DNA of 63,760 bases from Paraspadella gotoi (GCA_051294375.1 CM119265.1:28084665-28148424); one strand, 5' to 3'; counted from the stretch's first letter, positions 23,593 to 38,408 are shown. The notes: generated by a model from the letters alone, not told the origin. Program-made: numbers and translations.

Positions 23593-26500
23593 GTAGGTTG
23601 AAAAAAAAGAGGAAAGAAAGAAAAGAAAAAGAAAGAAGAAAGAAAGAAAGAAGAAAGAAGAAAAAAAGAAGGAAAACGAAACGAAAACAAATAACGAAAA
23701 AACAAAGATAGAAAAAAAGAAAAAGAAAAAAAAAAAAACAATCAAAATTATATAAACTACCAATCCCTAGCACGATCGAGCAAAAACTAACCTATTAACT
23801 TAATGATAATTATAATTTATTATTAAAATAATAAATTAAACTAATAATAAATTAATAATTAATAATATTTATTAATTAATAATTAATAATATATCTTAAC
23901 TTATTTAATAAAATCATTTATAATTTAAAAAATCCTCTCTCTAGGGGGGGTTTGAAATTTATTTAAGCTTGTACGTATTTTTATAATAAAATGTAAAATA
24001 AACGTGGAAACTGGGTGGACAATTGATTGTATTAAATTATTTAACTATTATTTACAGAAACAAATCGACGAGAAAAATGTCAAAAANNNNNNNNNNNNNN
24101 NNNNNNNNNNNATCGTAGAAGCATATTTAATCGTAAACTATAAATAATAAAAATGAACGGGAAATAGATAATAATCATTATTTAGCATTTTATAAATTAT
24201 TTTTGCCATTTAGTGCAAAATATTTATTAAGTGCCGCCGTAGTAACAGTTCTCGTTAAGCCCTTAAAAATGATATTTACATATATTAGGCGGCGAGCCAC
24301 TGGTTCTTTTTGTATTCTTCCTCCTCTCATCTCTCTAATTCCGTTCACCCCCTTTCATGCCTATCTTTCCCCTCTTTACTTTCTTTTTCTTCGCCTCTCT
24401 CTATATTGTCTCCCTCGTCTTTTACCTAACCATATACAATCTTCACTCTTCTCTCTCTTCCTCTGTATATCTCTCTGTCTCTCTCTCTCTCTCTCTTTTT
24501 TTCCTCATTTCTCCCGTTGACGCCATTCTCGGCGTCAGATATTTCTTTCTATCTTCCTCGCCATCAAAACACGAAGATTTCTTTCTCCCATTAATTCACC
24601 GCCCAGCGTAAGAGAGGGAAGGGACGGACTGGACCGACCGACGGACGGACGGCACGGACGGACGGAACCGACCGACCCGACCGACCGACGGACGAGAACC
24701 GAGCGACGGACGGACGGTACCAACGATCGGCCAAATGCTCACCCCATTTTCCTTCCTAATTCATTTTTTTAAACGCGTCACAATTTTTTAGTCGTTTCTA
24801 ATGTCATTTTAATGAACTTCTGTCTCTCTTCAATTTTGCCTTTATCTCTTGTCCTCAATAATCACTCAGTTGAAGAAACTTTTTGTCAGTTTTCTTCTAA
24901 AATTTCTTCTGAAAATTTTAAATTGAGAAATCAAATAGACAAGAAAAAAAAATAGGAAAATAAAATTCTCTCTCTTCGAATCTTTCTAGTGATAAAAATC
25001 TTATACTAGCGATTGATAACTTTTTTAAAAAGTTGTTTTTATCAGCTTCGAATTTAATCAATGAGCGCCACCGACAAGTATTTCTCAAGAAGCAAAAAAA
25101 ACAATAATAATCTGCTGAATTTCGTTATCTGTTTTTTTTTAACAATGATTCACTACGAAAACTGTACTTCGAAATGTATAATTAGTTAGTAAAAAAAAAA
25201 AATAATATTTAAGAAACAATACTTTTTTAAAAAATACAGTCATGTTGCAGTTTAAATGCGGAGGAAAACTCGTCGTTCATCGTACGTGATCGTTCGTCGC
25301 TTTCTCTCCGCCGAAAATCCTCGCTCGCTCCGGCTCCGCCGGAGAGAACGCAGCGAGCGAAATCGGCGGCCGATGAATTCCATCTCGCCGCGAAAACGTC
25401 GCTTTCGCCGGATTTCGATGACGGAGCGATTTCGTCGTCGCTCTCTGCCGGACGAAACTCCGGCACAAAAGGAAGAAGAGACGAAATCGCGGACGGCGGG
25501 TGATGGTGAAGACCCGGAGCAAGGCGGCGGGCGGCGGATGGAGGCGGCGGAGCAGGCGCGGCGGCAGGCGATGCGGCGGAAAGGAGGCGGCAGGCGGACA
25601 CGCGCAAGGAGGCGGAAGCGCTCTCTCGCATGTCTTCGCAAAACAACGAACGACAACCACCAAAATCAGAACAAACAAACAACGAAGCGCCATCTCGAAC
25701 TAAAGACAAAAACAAAATTTCGTGATTTTTCTTCCTTGATTTTGATTCTAATCCGTTCGGTTTAGCGTCGGAGGCACGTAAAGGTTGTCTTCGTTTTTTT
25801 GTTGTGGTTGCTTCTTGTATCTATTTCTGTTTTTTGAGTTGTTCATTCGTTGTTGTTTTGTTTATGATTTGTTAAAACGAACTCTCCACAATTTTTTTGA
25901 GTTATTAATTTTGTTTATGTTTTTTTTAAAAGTCGTTTTTATTCTTGTAATTACAGAAAATTAAAATTATTTTTTCCTTTGGTTTCCTTTCGAAACCAAG
26001 AAAGATCTATAATCATCATTTTAATTTTTTTTGCTTAATCGAAAATCTATAAAATTCCAAAAAAAAAAGCTTTTTCCCACAAGAAAAAAAAATATTCCAC
26101 TGATTCTACGGAAAAGGCCGACAACTTTTACGATTAATTTTTAATTCGTTCAACAGAAATCAAAGATGCGAATCCACGAATAAGTAGAAATTCACATATA
26201 ATTTGTTTCGACTTGTTTTATCTGTTAATTTATAGTCGTTTACTAAGTCGCATCAGTGAGCCTTTTCAGATGTTTATTGAACTTCTTTCCTTTTCGTCAT
26301 TAAATCCTATTAAATTCGTTCATATGCTCTCCCCCAATTCTCCTTCTCTCCTCTCTTCTTCTCTCTCTGCTCTCTCTCTCTCTCTCCCTTCTGCTCTCTC
26401 CTCCATCTCCAGATCCACGAATGCATCCAGCGCCAACTCAAAGCCGATCGTTCGACATCTTAACGATACGAAAGTGAAGTGACGTTGCCACGCCCCCGCC

Positions 26501-26784
26501 TACGCGCTCAGCGCCGCTATTTTGACGACGGCTTTAATGCACGCGCCGGTCATCGCCGGAAATCTAGTCCTTGCGCTTCGCCGCCGTCCGTCAGTGGAGA
26601 CGGCTAATCGAGGGGGGGGCTTGTTGGCTAGAAAAACCGGACATTATGTGCGGTCTGACATTCGGCAGAATATAAAAAACCGATTTTTGAAATGTTACAT
26701 TGTGACATTCGTCTTTATGTGAAATTATGAGTACAAATCGATATATATATTGTTTAGCTTTAAAACAAAAATACAAAGATTTGA

Positions 26785-26860
26785 GGGCTCGTCCGGGATA
26801 TCGAACTCGGGGCCTCTCGCACCCGAAGTCGAGAATCTCACTCTAGAAACCAACGAAGCC
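26785..26860 (-). tRNA. tRNA-Pro(CGG), noisy copy 3
   Basis: Homolog of 15571-15642 with many indels. Confidence 0.55.
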
Positions 26861-27449
26861 ATCTGACGTGGATTCAAATGAAATTTATGCAACAAACTAT
26901 TAGACAGTAAATCGTCATGTTAATATAAAAATAATCTTTATTTGTTTGAAGTTTGCGACTGGTGTATGCCGTTGATTTCAGGCGCTTACTACTTACAGTA
27001 TAATATTAAGTATAGGGATATATAAAGGATCGGTCTTTATTCAGTACAATAAGTAACATTCTTTTAAAACTTGACAACTATACCCAATTTATTGATTAGG
27101 GAAGCCAGCTGGGTACTTCTGAGAGTGAATAAACGAGATTGTTGAGAGAGTCTATGTATTGAAAGCTTGCAGGGACTGTAAGAGCTAATAGGCGGCCTTA
27201 AACACCAAAGGAGATTTCCAAAGTCAGGCGGCAAAGATTAGCTTGTTTATTTAAATGATAAAATGAAGTAATTTATACATTATGTGTACAATTCATAAGT
27301 AACTGCGTTGAAAATCTATTCAATCAAGATTCTCTTCACATGTTTTAGTGAGTTAAACTCCAGATCCAACTTGTGGAGATGAAGTTGCATAGTATTGTTA
27401 AGTGAAATTTAAACCATATTGTCGCATTGAATGGTTAAAAAAAAGTATT

Positions 27450-27524
27450 GGGCTCGTCCGGCAGTCAACCCGGGACCTCTCGCACCCAAAGCGCGAGAAA
27501 TCATACGCTAGAACCAAACGAGCC
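27450..27524 (-). tRNA. tRNA-Pro(TGG), noisy copy 3
   Basis: Homolog of 20612-20683. Confidence 0.55.
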
Positions 27525-27601
27525 GTACTTACAATAAGCTTCATACATTCATAATTATAATTTTTTATTCTCGCATTATTGCTTTTCTGAGCCTTTTTTT
27601 T

Positions 27602-27637
<36 letters not shown>

Positions 27638-29740
27638 AGGCAGCGACGTACATAATCTGTCTGTGCAGCAAAGAGGCCGATCTATATTCGATTCGACACG
27701 AACGTACTTAGAGCCGTTGATTTTACTTTTTCTTGAGCACAAACCAAGCTAGACATCAGGTATTTGGGAGGAAGAAAATGGCATCATGGCATTTGGCATG
27801 AGGATAAAAACCTGGTGTCACCTCAATTTTGCGATGTCAGCAGAATGGGCATCACTGCCTTCACAAGTCAGTAGAAAAAGCATCATCAGCATTCACAAGT
27901 TGAAAAAGGCGGCATGCTGCGATTTTCAGAAGAGATAAAAGGCGCCATTCGCGCGGATCCTGGTGAAGAAGACCGATACTTCATCTAAATTGCTTGTGAG
28001 AAGATAATAAAAGAGACATCTATGGATAAATCGCCTGTGGATCTTGCTTGATTAAATTCTCGCTGATAATAATCTCGTGATAGATCTTCAACCGATTCTT
28101 TAGAATTCGGAAAACAGATTGAGGACGAACAGAAGAAGAGGAAGAGGAGAGAAGAGTAGGAAGAAGACGATGGCGACATTTGCGCGCGGTCGAGGGCGGA
28201 ATCTTGCGGGCGCAGAAGGTAGAAGGGGAGAAGAGAAGCTAGACGTGTAGGGAGGAGAAGGGCAGGAAGGAGGAGAAGGCGAGAAGGATAAGGAGCGAGA
28301 AACGGTAAATAGCGAAGGAGCTGGAAGAGGAAGCCTGACGAAACAGGGAATGTGTGGATAATAGAATACCCGCGGAAAGATGGAGAAATGGTTTGGACGA
28401 TTGAAATTTGACACGAATGCGAAGTGAGCAGACAATTCGAATCAAGGGATACGAACGTATATAGAAAAAACAAATCTAAATCAGTGAAAAAACGAATAAA
28501 TAAAGAAACCATAAATGTAAAATGCTCTCATAGATTAATATAAAAGAACAAAAACTACGACGTGTTCGCAAATAAAAGAGGTGCGGATCGATGACATTGA
28601 AGACGATAAAATCATCGAAGAAAATCGGAGGAAAAGACAAAGGGCGGGGTAAATCTCGATGAGAAGGAAAGCAGGAGAAATCCGTTCGCATATACGAACA
28701 AAGATTGGAGAATTTTGGGTGCAAGAAAGCGAGAAAGTGAGGAAAAATCGACGGGCGACGAACGTGTCGGAACGAAAAAAACTAAACACAGTGCGCGTTA
28801 ATTCAATCAATCAATCAATCAATCATCAAAACAATCAATTCAATAAATCAATCATGCACATCAACCAATTCAATTAATTATTAATTGAATTAATCAATCA
28901 ATCAATTCAATTGACATCACAAACATCGATAGTTTTACATTAGCATCTAATCAATCATCAAATCAATTTGAGATCAATACAATTCAATCTAATCATGAAT
29001 GATTCGCTTTAATCGATCAATCAATACAAGTCAATCACCTTTTTTCTAGCGTTCTCGCCAAAACCAGCGCCTCCCTCCATCCGCAGCGAACGACGAGGAA
29101 GCAAAAATCGAGTCGAACAGCCAAGCAACTTTTCGGCGGCGATTTACGTTACACATTCCAGGAGAGGGAGGCGACGAGAGAACTGAGAGAGAGAAGAAGA
29201 GAGAGCAGAGGAGAGAATGATGAAGCATGGAATGCAGAGGAAATGAAAGGAAATCTTGCCCAATTTTCTCTGCTCATCACCTCGGACAGAAAATCTCACG
29301 TCTTGGCAAACTATCCTTGAATCGTCTCCTCAGTCACGGAGACCGACAACTCTCTCACCTGAGTTCACGCCTCCGACACCACTGGACGCCGTTTTGGTCG
29401 TCGCGAGACAGGTTGCCGGGAACAGCGTGCCGGAACATGTGCCGACGACATCTCCCGTATCCAATCGTCCGATGTTGAGAGAGATTTCTTCATTCGAGAT
29501 TTTTGACTTCGCCTTTTCGAGAAGAAGAAAGAAGAGAAGAAGAGGGGAAGATGAGAGGAGTGAAGTCTCAACCCGAGGCTGGAAGTAGATGTAAGTAGAT
29601 TGTTACTGAGTCGTGCAGGCGTCGCATTTGGCTTATAATATAACGCGTGTGGTTGAGTGTGTTTGGGGTAACAAATAGAATTTGTTTGTACTTACACTTG
29701 TACGTTTACTATTTACTGATGAGTAAAAATAAATACTTAA

Positions 29741-29812
29741 GGGCTCGTCCGGAATGAACCCGCGGACCTATCGCCACCTACAGCGAGGAATCAGTTCCCT
29801 AGACAACGAACC
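29741..29812 (-). tRNA. tRNA-Pro(AGG-type), very noisy copy 3
   Basis: Positional homolog of 14466-14535. Confidence 0.45.
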
Positions 29813-30284
29813 TTTTCTTCCTTCAGACGGTTCATCACCTACTCATCTCGGACACAAGAGACTCGCTGAAGAAGACGACTACACCGATGACGACGACAGT
29901 AGAAAAACGAATTTAAAATCACAATCCAACGAACAACAACGACGCCCATTTTAGAACAAAGATGTTGAACAGTTCAGTTATAATAAAAAACCACTTTTGT
30001 TGAAACTTTGTGTTTGAAATTTATTAAGCTATTCACGCTATATTTAATAATTAAAATGTAAAATAAACGTGGAAACTTGGACACATACTTGGCAATGATT
30101 GTATTAAACAAATTACTCTTAAATCTAATATTACACATATAACAACGACTACGAGAATAACCGCAATAGCAAAATTCATATCCAGCGAAGAATAAAATGA
30201 CGAAAAAGAAAAGATGAAGCAAATCTGGAACAAAAACATCGAAGTTTCAGAAAAAGTAAATAATACTTGAAGCTGGCTCGGTTC

Positions 30285-30356
30285 CGCCTCGTCCGGGAGT
30301 CGAACCCGGGACCTCTCGCACCCGAAGGGAGAATCATACCACTAGACCAACGAGCC
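30285..30356 (-). tRNA. tRNA-Pro(CGG) variant (CTCCC/GCGAG stem), copy 3
   Basis: Clean body; its 3' end lies at a sequence-quality junction. Confidence 0.8.
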
Positions 30357-30411
30357 AGAGTTAGAGGAAGAGGCTGAGCTTAGTTTGTCACTCCTGTCCC
30401 TTCTCTCTCCT

Positions 30412-30463
<52 letters not shown>

Positions 30464-33440
30464 CCAGGACGAGGCAGTCTCCGTCCTTCTTTCGCTTCTT
30501 CCTTCAATTCCATCCACGAAGAAGATTCTTTTCCAAAATGCGATCTGCGTTTGCATCGGATGCGATCAGAGACGCCGAATGCGAGCGAAGGAGCGAAGGA
30601 AGATGCGAGCAAAGACGGTGGAGAGGCGACGAGGGTGGAAGTCGACGACGACGACAACGACGACGACGACGACGACGAAAAAAGCGAAGAATTGGAAACG
30701 CTTCATGTCAGAGAAGATAATGGTAGGTTAAAGAAAAAAAAANNNNNNNNNNNNNNNNNNNNNNNNNATCGTAGAAGCATATTTAATCGTAAACTATAAA
30801 TAATAAAAATGAACGGGAAATAGATAATAATCATTATTTAGCATTTTATAAATTATTTTTGCCATTTAGTGCAAAATATTTATTAAGTGCCGCCGTAGTA
30901 ACAGTTCTCGTTAAGCCCTTAAAAATGATATTTACATATATTAGGCGGCGAGCCACTGGTTCTTTTTGTATTCTTCCTCCTCTCATCTCTCTAATTCCGT
31001 TCACCCCCTTTCATGCCTATCTTTCCCCTCTTTACTTTCTTTTTCTTCGCCTCTCTCTATATTGTCTCCCTCGTCTTTTACCTAACCATATACAATCTTC
31101 ACTCTTCTCTCTCTTCCTCTGTATATCTCTCTGTCTCTCTCTCTCTCTCTCTTTTTTTCCTCATTTCTCCCGTTGACGCCATTCTCGGCGTCAGATATTT
31201 CTTTCTATCTTCCTCGCCATCAAAACACGAAGATTTCTTTCTCCCATTAATTCACCGCCCAGCGTAAGAGAGGGAAGGGACGGACTGGACCGACCGACGG
31301 ACGGACGGCACGGACGGACGGAACCGACCGACCCGACCGACCGACGGACGAGAACCGAGCGACGGACGGACGGTACCAACGATCGGCCAAATGCTCACCC
31401 CATTTTCCTTCCTAATTCATTTTTTTAAACGCGTCACAATTTTTTAGTCGTTTCTAATGTCATTTTAATGAACTTCTGTCTCTCTTCAATTTTGCCTTTA
31501 TCTCTTGTCCTCAATAATCACTCAGTTGAAGAAACTTTTTGTCAGTTTTCTTCTAAAATTTCTTCTGAAAATTTTAAATTGAGAAATCAAATAGACAAGA
31601 AAAAAAAATAGGAAAATAAAATTCTCTCTCTTCGAATCTTTCTAGTGATAAAAATCTTATACTAGCGATTGATAACTTTTTTAAAAAGTTGTTTTTATCA
31701 GCTTCGAATTTAATCAATGAGCGCCACCGACAAGTATTTCTCAAGAAGCAAAAAAAACAATAATAATCTGCTGAATTTCGTTATCTGTTTTTTTTTAACA
31801 ATGATTCACTACGAAAACTGTACTTCGAAATGTATAATTAGTTAGTAAAAAAAAAAAATAATATTTAAGAAACAATACTTTTTTAAAAAATACAGTCATG
31901 TTGCAGTTTAAATGCGGAGGAAAACTCGTCGTTCATCGTACGTGATCGTTCGTCGCTTTCTCTCCGCCGAAAATCCTCGCTCGCTCCGGCTCCGCCGGAG
32001 AGAACGCAGCGAGCGAAATCGGCGGCCGATGAATTCCATCTCGCCGCGAAAACGTCGCTTTCGCCGGATTTCGATGACGGAGCGATTTCGTCGTCGCTCT
32101 CTGCCGGACGAAACTCCGGCACAAAAGGAAGAAGAGACGAAATCGCGGACGGCGGGTGATGGTGAAGACCCGGAGCAAGGCGGCGGGCGGCGGATGGAGG
32201 CGGCGGAGCAGGCGCGGCGGCAGGCGATGCGGCGGAAAGGAGGCGGCAGGCGGACACGCGCAAGGAGGCGGAAGCGCTCTCTCGCATGTCTTCGCAAAAC
32301 AACGAACGACAACCACCAAAATCAGAACAAACAAACAACGAAGCGCCATCTCGAACTAAAGACAAAAACAAAATTTCGTGATTTTTCTTCCTTGATTTTG
32401 ATTCTAATCCGTTCGGTTTAGCGTCGGAGGCACGTAAAGGTTGTCTTCGTTTTTTTGTTGTGGTTGCTTCTTGTATCTATTTCTGTTTTTTGAGTTGTTC
32501 ATTCGTTGTTGTTTTGTTTATGATTTGTTAAAACGAACTCTCCACAATTTTTTTGAGTTATTAATTTTGTTTATGTTTTTTTTAAAAGTCGTTTTTATTC
32601 TTGTAATTACAGAAAATTAAAATTATTTTTTCCTTTGGTTTCCTTTCGAAACCAAGAAAGATCTATAATCATCATTTTAATTTTTTTTGCTTAATCGAAA
32701 ATCTATAAAATTCCAAAAAAAAAAGCTTTTTCCCACAAGAAAAAAAAATATTCCACTGATTCTACGGAAAAGGCCGACAACTTTTACGATTAATTTTTAA
32801 TTCGTTCAACAGAAATCAAAGATGCGAATCCACGAATAAGTAGAAATTCACATATAATTTGTTTCGACTTGTTTTATCTGTTAATTTATAGTCGTTTACT
32901 AAGTCGCATCAGTGAGCCTTTTCAGATGTTTATTGAACTTCTTTCCTTTTCGTCATTAAATCCTATTAAATTCGTTCATATGCTCTCCCCCAATTCTCCT
33001 TCTCTCCTCTCTTCTTCTCTCTCTGCTCTCTCTCTCTCTCTCCCTTCTGCTCTCTCCTCCATCTCCAGATCCACGAATGCATCCAGCGCCAACTCAAAGC
33101 CGATCGTTCGACATCTTAACGATACGAAAGTGAAGTGACGTTGCCACGCCCCCGCCTACGCGCTCAGCGCCGCTATTTTGACGACGGCTTTAATGCACGC
33201 GCCGGTCATCGCCGGAAATCTAGTCCTTGCGCTTCGCCGCCGTCCGTCAGTGGAGACGGCTAATCGAGGGGGGGGCTTGTTGGCTAGAAAAACCGGACAT
33301 TATGTGCGGTCTGACATTCGGCAGAATATAAAAAACCGATTTTTGAAATGTTACATTGTGACATTCGTCTTTATGTGAAATTATGAGTACAAATCGATAT
33401 ATATATTGTTTAGCTTTAAAACAAAAATACAAAGATTTGA

Positions 33441-33516
33441 GGGCTCGTCCGGGATATCGAACTCGGGGCCTCTCGCACCCGAAGTCGAGAATCTCACTCT
33501 AGAAACCAACGAAGCC
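33441..33516 (-). tRNA. tRNA-Pro(CGG), noisy copy 4
   Basis: Identical to 26785-26860. Confidence 0.5.
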
Positions 33517-34105
33517 ATCTGACGTGGATTCAAATGAAATTTATGCAACAAACTATTAGACAGTAAATCGTCATGTTAATATAAAAATAATCTTTATTTG
33601 TTTGAAGTTTGCGACTGGTGTATGCCGTTGATTTCAGGCGCTTACTACTTACAGTATAATATTAAGTATAGGGATATATAAAGGATCGGTCTTTATTCAG
33701 TACAATAAGTAACATTCTTTTAAAACTTGACAACTATACCCAATTTATTGATTAGGGAAGCCAGCTGGGTACTTCTGAGAGTGAATAAACGAGATTGTTG
33801 AGAGAGTCTATGTATTGAAAGCTTGCAGGGACTGTAAGAGCTAATAGGCGGCCTTAAACACCAAAGGAGATTTCCAAAGTCAGGCGGCAAAGATTAGCTT
33901 GTTTATTTAAATGATAAAATGAAGTAATTTATACATTATGTGTACAATTCATAAGTAACTGCGTTGAAAATCTATTCAATCAAGATTCTCTTCACATGTT
34001 TTAGTGAGTTAAACTCCAGATCCAACTTGTGGAGATGAAGTTGCATAGTATTGTTAAGTGAAATTTAAACCATATTGTCGCATTGAATGGTTAAAAAAAA
34101 GTATT

Positions 34106-34180
34106 GGGCTCGTCCGGCAGTCAACCCGGGACCTCTCGCACCCAAAGCGCGAGAAATCATACGCTAGAACCAAACGAGCC
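34106..34180 (-). tRNA. tRNA-Pro(TGG), noisy copy 4
   Basis: Identical to 27450-27524. Confidence 0.5.
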
Positions 34181-34257
34181 GTACTTACAATAAGCTTCAT
34201 ACATTCATAATTATAATTTTTTATTCTCGCATTATTGCTTTTCTGAGCCTTTTTTTT

Positions 34258-34293
<36 letters not shown>

Positions 34294-36394
34294 AGGCAGC
34301 GACGTACATAATCTGTCTGTGCAGCAAAGAGGCCGATCTATATTCGATTCGACACGAACGTACTTAGAGCCGTTGATTTTACTTTTTCTTGAGCACAAAC
34401 CAAGCTAGACATCAGGTATTTGGGAGGAAGAAAATGGCATCATGGCATTTGGCATGAGGATAAAAACCTGGTGTCACCTCAATTTTGCGATGTCAGCAGA
34501 ATGGGCATCACTGCCTTCACAAGTCAGTAGAAAAAGCATCATCAGCATTCACAAGTTGAAAAAGGCGGCATGCTGCGATTTTCAGAAGAGATAAAAGGCG
34601 CCATTCGCGCGGATCCTGGTGAAGAAGACCGATACTTCATCTAAATTGCTTGTGAGAAGATAATAAAAGAGACATCTATGGATAAATCGCCTGTGGATCT
34701 TGCTTGATTAAATTCTCGCTGATAATAATCTCGTGATAGATCTTCAACCGATTCTTTAGAATTCGGAAAACAGATTGAGGACGAACAGAAGAAGAGGAAG
34801 AGGAGAGAAGAGTAGGAAGAAGACGATGGCGACATTTGCGCGCGGTCGAGGGCGGAATCTTGCGGGCGCAGAAGGTAGAAGGGGAGAAGAGAAGCTAGAC
34901 GTGTAGGGAGGAGAAGGGCAGGAAGGAGGAGAAGGCGAGAAGGATAAGGAGCGAGAAACGGTAAATAGCGAAGGAGCTGGAAGAGGAAGCCTGACGAAAC
35001 AGGGAATGTGTGGATAATAGAATACCCGCGGAAAGATGGAGAAATGGTTTGGACGATTGAAATTTGACACGAATGCGAAGTGAGCAGACAATTCGAATCA
35101 AGGGATACGAACGTATATAGAAAAAACAAATCTAAATCAGTGAAAAAACGAATAAATAAAGAAACCATAAATGTAAAATGCTCTCATAGATTAATATAAA
35201 AGAACAAAAACTACGACGTGTTCGCAAATAAAAGAGGTGCGGATCGATGACATTGAAGACGATAAAATCATCGAAGAAAATCGGAGGAAAAGACAAAGGG
35301 CGGGGTAAATCTCGATGAGAAGGAAAGCAGGAGAAATCCGTTCGCATATACGAACAAAGATTGGAGAATTTTGGGTGCAAGAAAGCGAGAAAGTGAGGAA
35401 AAATCGACGGGCGACGAACGTGTCGGAACGAAAAAAACTAAACACAGTGCGCGTTAATTCAATCAATCAATCAATCAATCATCAAAACAATCAATTCAAT
35501 AAATCAATCATGCACATCAACCAATTCAATTAATTATTAATTGAATTAATCAATCAATCAATTCAATTACATCCACCACATGATTAATAATTAAATTAGA
35601 TCTTCAATCATCCATAATCATGAGAGATCAGATACAATTCAATCAAATCAATTGAATGATAATCGCTTTAATCGATCAATCAAATACAAGTCATATCACC
35701 TTTTTTCAGCGTTCTCGCAAAGACCAGCGCCTCGCCATCCATCCGAGCGAACGACGCAGGAAGCAAAATCGAGTCGAACAGCCCAACAGTATTTTCGCGG
35801 AACATTTACGTACACATTCCAGTGAGGGACGAGGACAGAGAGAGAGAAGAGAGAGAGCAGGAGAAGAAGGGATAGAAGCATAGCAATGAAGAGGAAATGA
35901 AAGGAAAATCATTGCCCATTTTCTCTGCTCATCACTCGACCAGAAAAATCATCCGTCGTGGCTAATATCCTTGAAATCGGCTTCTCAGTCACGATGAGAC
36001 GAAATTCCCTCACTGAAGTTCACGCCTCCGCACCACGGGCGCGTTTTGGTCCGCCGAGACAGGTTGGCCGGAACAGCGTGCCGGAACATGGTGCACGACG
36101 ACATCTCGCGCGTATCCAATCGTCGATGTTGAGAGAGTTTCTTCATTCGAGATTTTGAACTTCGCCTTTTGAGACAGAAGAAAGAAGAGAAGAAGAGGGG
36201 AGAGAGGCGAAGGGAAGTTCAGACCGAGGCTGGAAGTAGTAAGTAGATTGTTATGGCAGTGTGCAGGGTCGGATTTGGCTTTATATATAACGCGGGTTGG
36301 CTTGAGTGTGTTTGGGCGTAACAAATAGAATTTGTTTGTACTTGCACTTGTACGTTTACTTATTTACTTGATGGTTAAAAAATAAATATCTTAA

Positions 36395-36465
36395 GGGCTC
36401 GTCCGGAAGTTTGAACCCGCGACCTATCGCCACCTACACGAGAATCATCCCTAGACCAACGAAGC
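36395..36465 (-). tRNA. tRNA-Pro(AGG-type), very noisy copy 4
   Basis: Positional homolog of 14466-14535. Confidence 0.4.
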
Positions 36466-36928
36466 TTTTCTTCCTTCAGACGGTTCATCACCTACTCTCC
36501 GACACAAGAGACTCGCTAGAAGAAGACGACTACACGATGACGACGACAGAAAAACGAATTTATGAAACACAATCAACAACAACAACGACGCCCATTTTAT
36601 AGGAACATAGAGTTGAAGTTTCAGTCTATAATAAAAAACCACTTTTGTATTGAAACTTTGTGGTTTGAAATTTATTTAAGCTTGTACGTATATTTATAAT
36701 AAATGCTAAAATAAACGTGGAAACATGGCACATACTGTGCAACCTGTTGTCACTTACAAATTACTCTTAAATCTCAATATTAACGATAAACCAATCGCGT
36801 ACGAGAATAACGAAACGTCCAAAAATTTCCATATCAGCGAAGATAAAAGACGAAAAAGAAAAGAGAAGATAATCTTGGAAAAAAACATCGAAGATATTCA
36901 GAAAAAGTAAAGTGATAATCTTAGAACT

Positions 36929-37003
36929 GGCCTCGTCGCGGTAAGTCGAACCGGACCTCTCGCACCCGAAGGCGAGATCATAACCACTAGACCATAACGA
37001 GCC
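36929..37003 (-). tRNA. tRNA-Pro(CGG), noisy copy 4 of fourth tRNA
   Basis: Positional homolog of 23170-23240. Confidence 0.45.
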
Positions 37004-38371
37004 AGAGCTAGCGAAGAGGCTGAACCTTATTTTCACTATCCCTTCTCCTCTCTCTCCTCTCTCCTCTTCTCCTCTACTCTCCTCTCTCCTCTCTCCACTC
37101 CCAGGACGCAGCAGTCTCCCTTCCTTCTATTCGCTTCTTCCTTCATCCAATCCACGAAGAAGAATTCTTTTCCAAAATGCGTATCTGCGTTTGCACATCG
37201 GTAATGCGATCAGAGACTCCTAATGCGAAGCAAAGGAGCGAGGAGGAAGAATGCGAGCAAAGACGCGTTGCGAGAGGCGACCGCAGGCGTGGGATGAAGC
37301 GACAGTCGAACAACGACGACGACACAACAACAACGACCGACGACGACAAAAAACCGAAAATTGGAAATGCTTACATGTAAGAGAAGATAATGTAGTGTTA
37401 AGAAAAAGAAAAGAAAGAAAGAAAGAGACAAGAAAGAAAGAAAGAAGTAAGAAAGAAGATCGAAACGAAAGAAAGGAGAATACATTCGAAATACGAAAAC
37501 TAGAAATGAAAGAAAGAAACAAGGTAATGATGTAAGAAAAGAAAAGAAGAAAAAATAAAGACACAATCAAAATTATTATAACTACAATCCCTAGCACGCA
37601 TCGCGAGCAAAAACTACAGCCTATTAACATAAAAATAACTAAATGAATTAATTAATTAATTTAATTAAATCTAATTAATTAATTAATTATTTAATTAAAA
37701 ATTAATTAATTAATTAAATAATTAATTAAATAATCTTTTAACTTATTTAATAAAATCATTTATTATTTAAAAATATCCTCCAATTTTCCCGTCAGATCCA
37801 TCCATCCATCCATCCGTCCNNNNNNNNNNGGGTGAAGGCATTGGTTTAACATTTTGTTAATTTTGTAATTTGGGTTAGATATGAAAAGTAAAATTGGATT
37901 TAGCCTTTTTGAAAAAACTAGTGTCAAAATTACTTTCTTAAGCTAATCTCTTCATCGAAAAATAGTAGAGCGAATGGCGTTATTGCTAATCTCTTCATTT
38001 GCGTCCTTGACCTCTTTCAGTCTTTGGTTCTCGATTGTCAATAAATCAAAAAGATTTTCCCGTTTTAGACGGCGTCGTTGTCGTTGTCGTTGTTGTTGTC
38101 GTTGTTGTTGTCATGGGCAACGACTCGTGACCCGTCATAAAATGGCGCCGGGAATTGTCAACCTTATCGGGATCGTGGGTCTTTCTCTATCTCTCTCTCT
38201 CTCTCTCTCTCTCNNNNNNNNNNNNNNNNNNNNNNNNNNNNNNNNNNNNNNNNNNNNNNNNNNNNNNNNNNNNNNNNNNNNNNNNNNNNNNNNNNNNNNN
38301 NNNNNNNNNNNNNNNNNNNNNNNNNNNNNNNNNNNNNNNNNNNNNNNNNNNNNNNNNNNNNNNNNNNNNNN

Positions 38372-38408
<37 letters not shown>

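Larger units (their letters stand above)
9170..37780 (+). repeat. tandemly repeated ~6.5-8 kb unit (copies ~9170-15180, 15864-23940, 24112-30742, 30768-37780; partials 15180-15853, 18600-19480, 23955-24086)
   Basis: Same ordered landmarks in each copy: GACG/GACC microsatellite, GCG-rich ORF, exons A-F and four tRNA-Pro genes. Copies differ mostly by single-base indels. Confidence 0.95.

Noticed and set aside
11817-37003. tRNA-Pro copies as SINE heads
   Set aside because: The four tRNAs have unrelated 3' flanks with nearby T-run terminators and different anticodons; there is no shared body or tail.
25227-37630. Treating copies 3 and 4 as diverged paralogs or pseudogenes
   Set aside because: Differences are dominated by scattered single-base insertions typical of raw long-read error, including inside tRNA stems.
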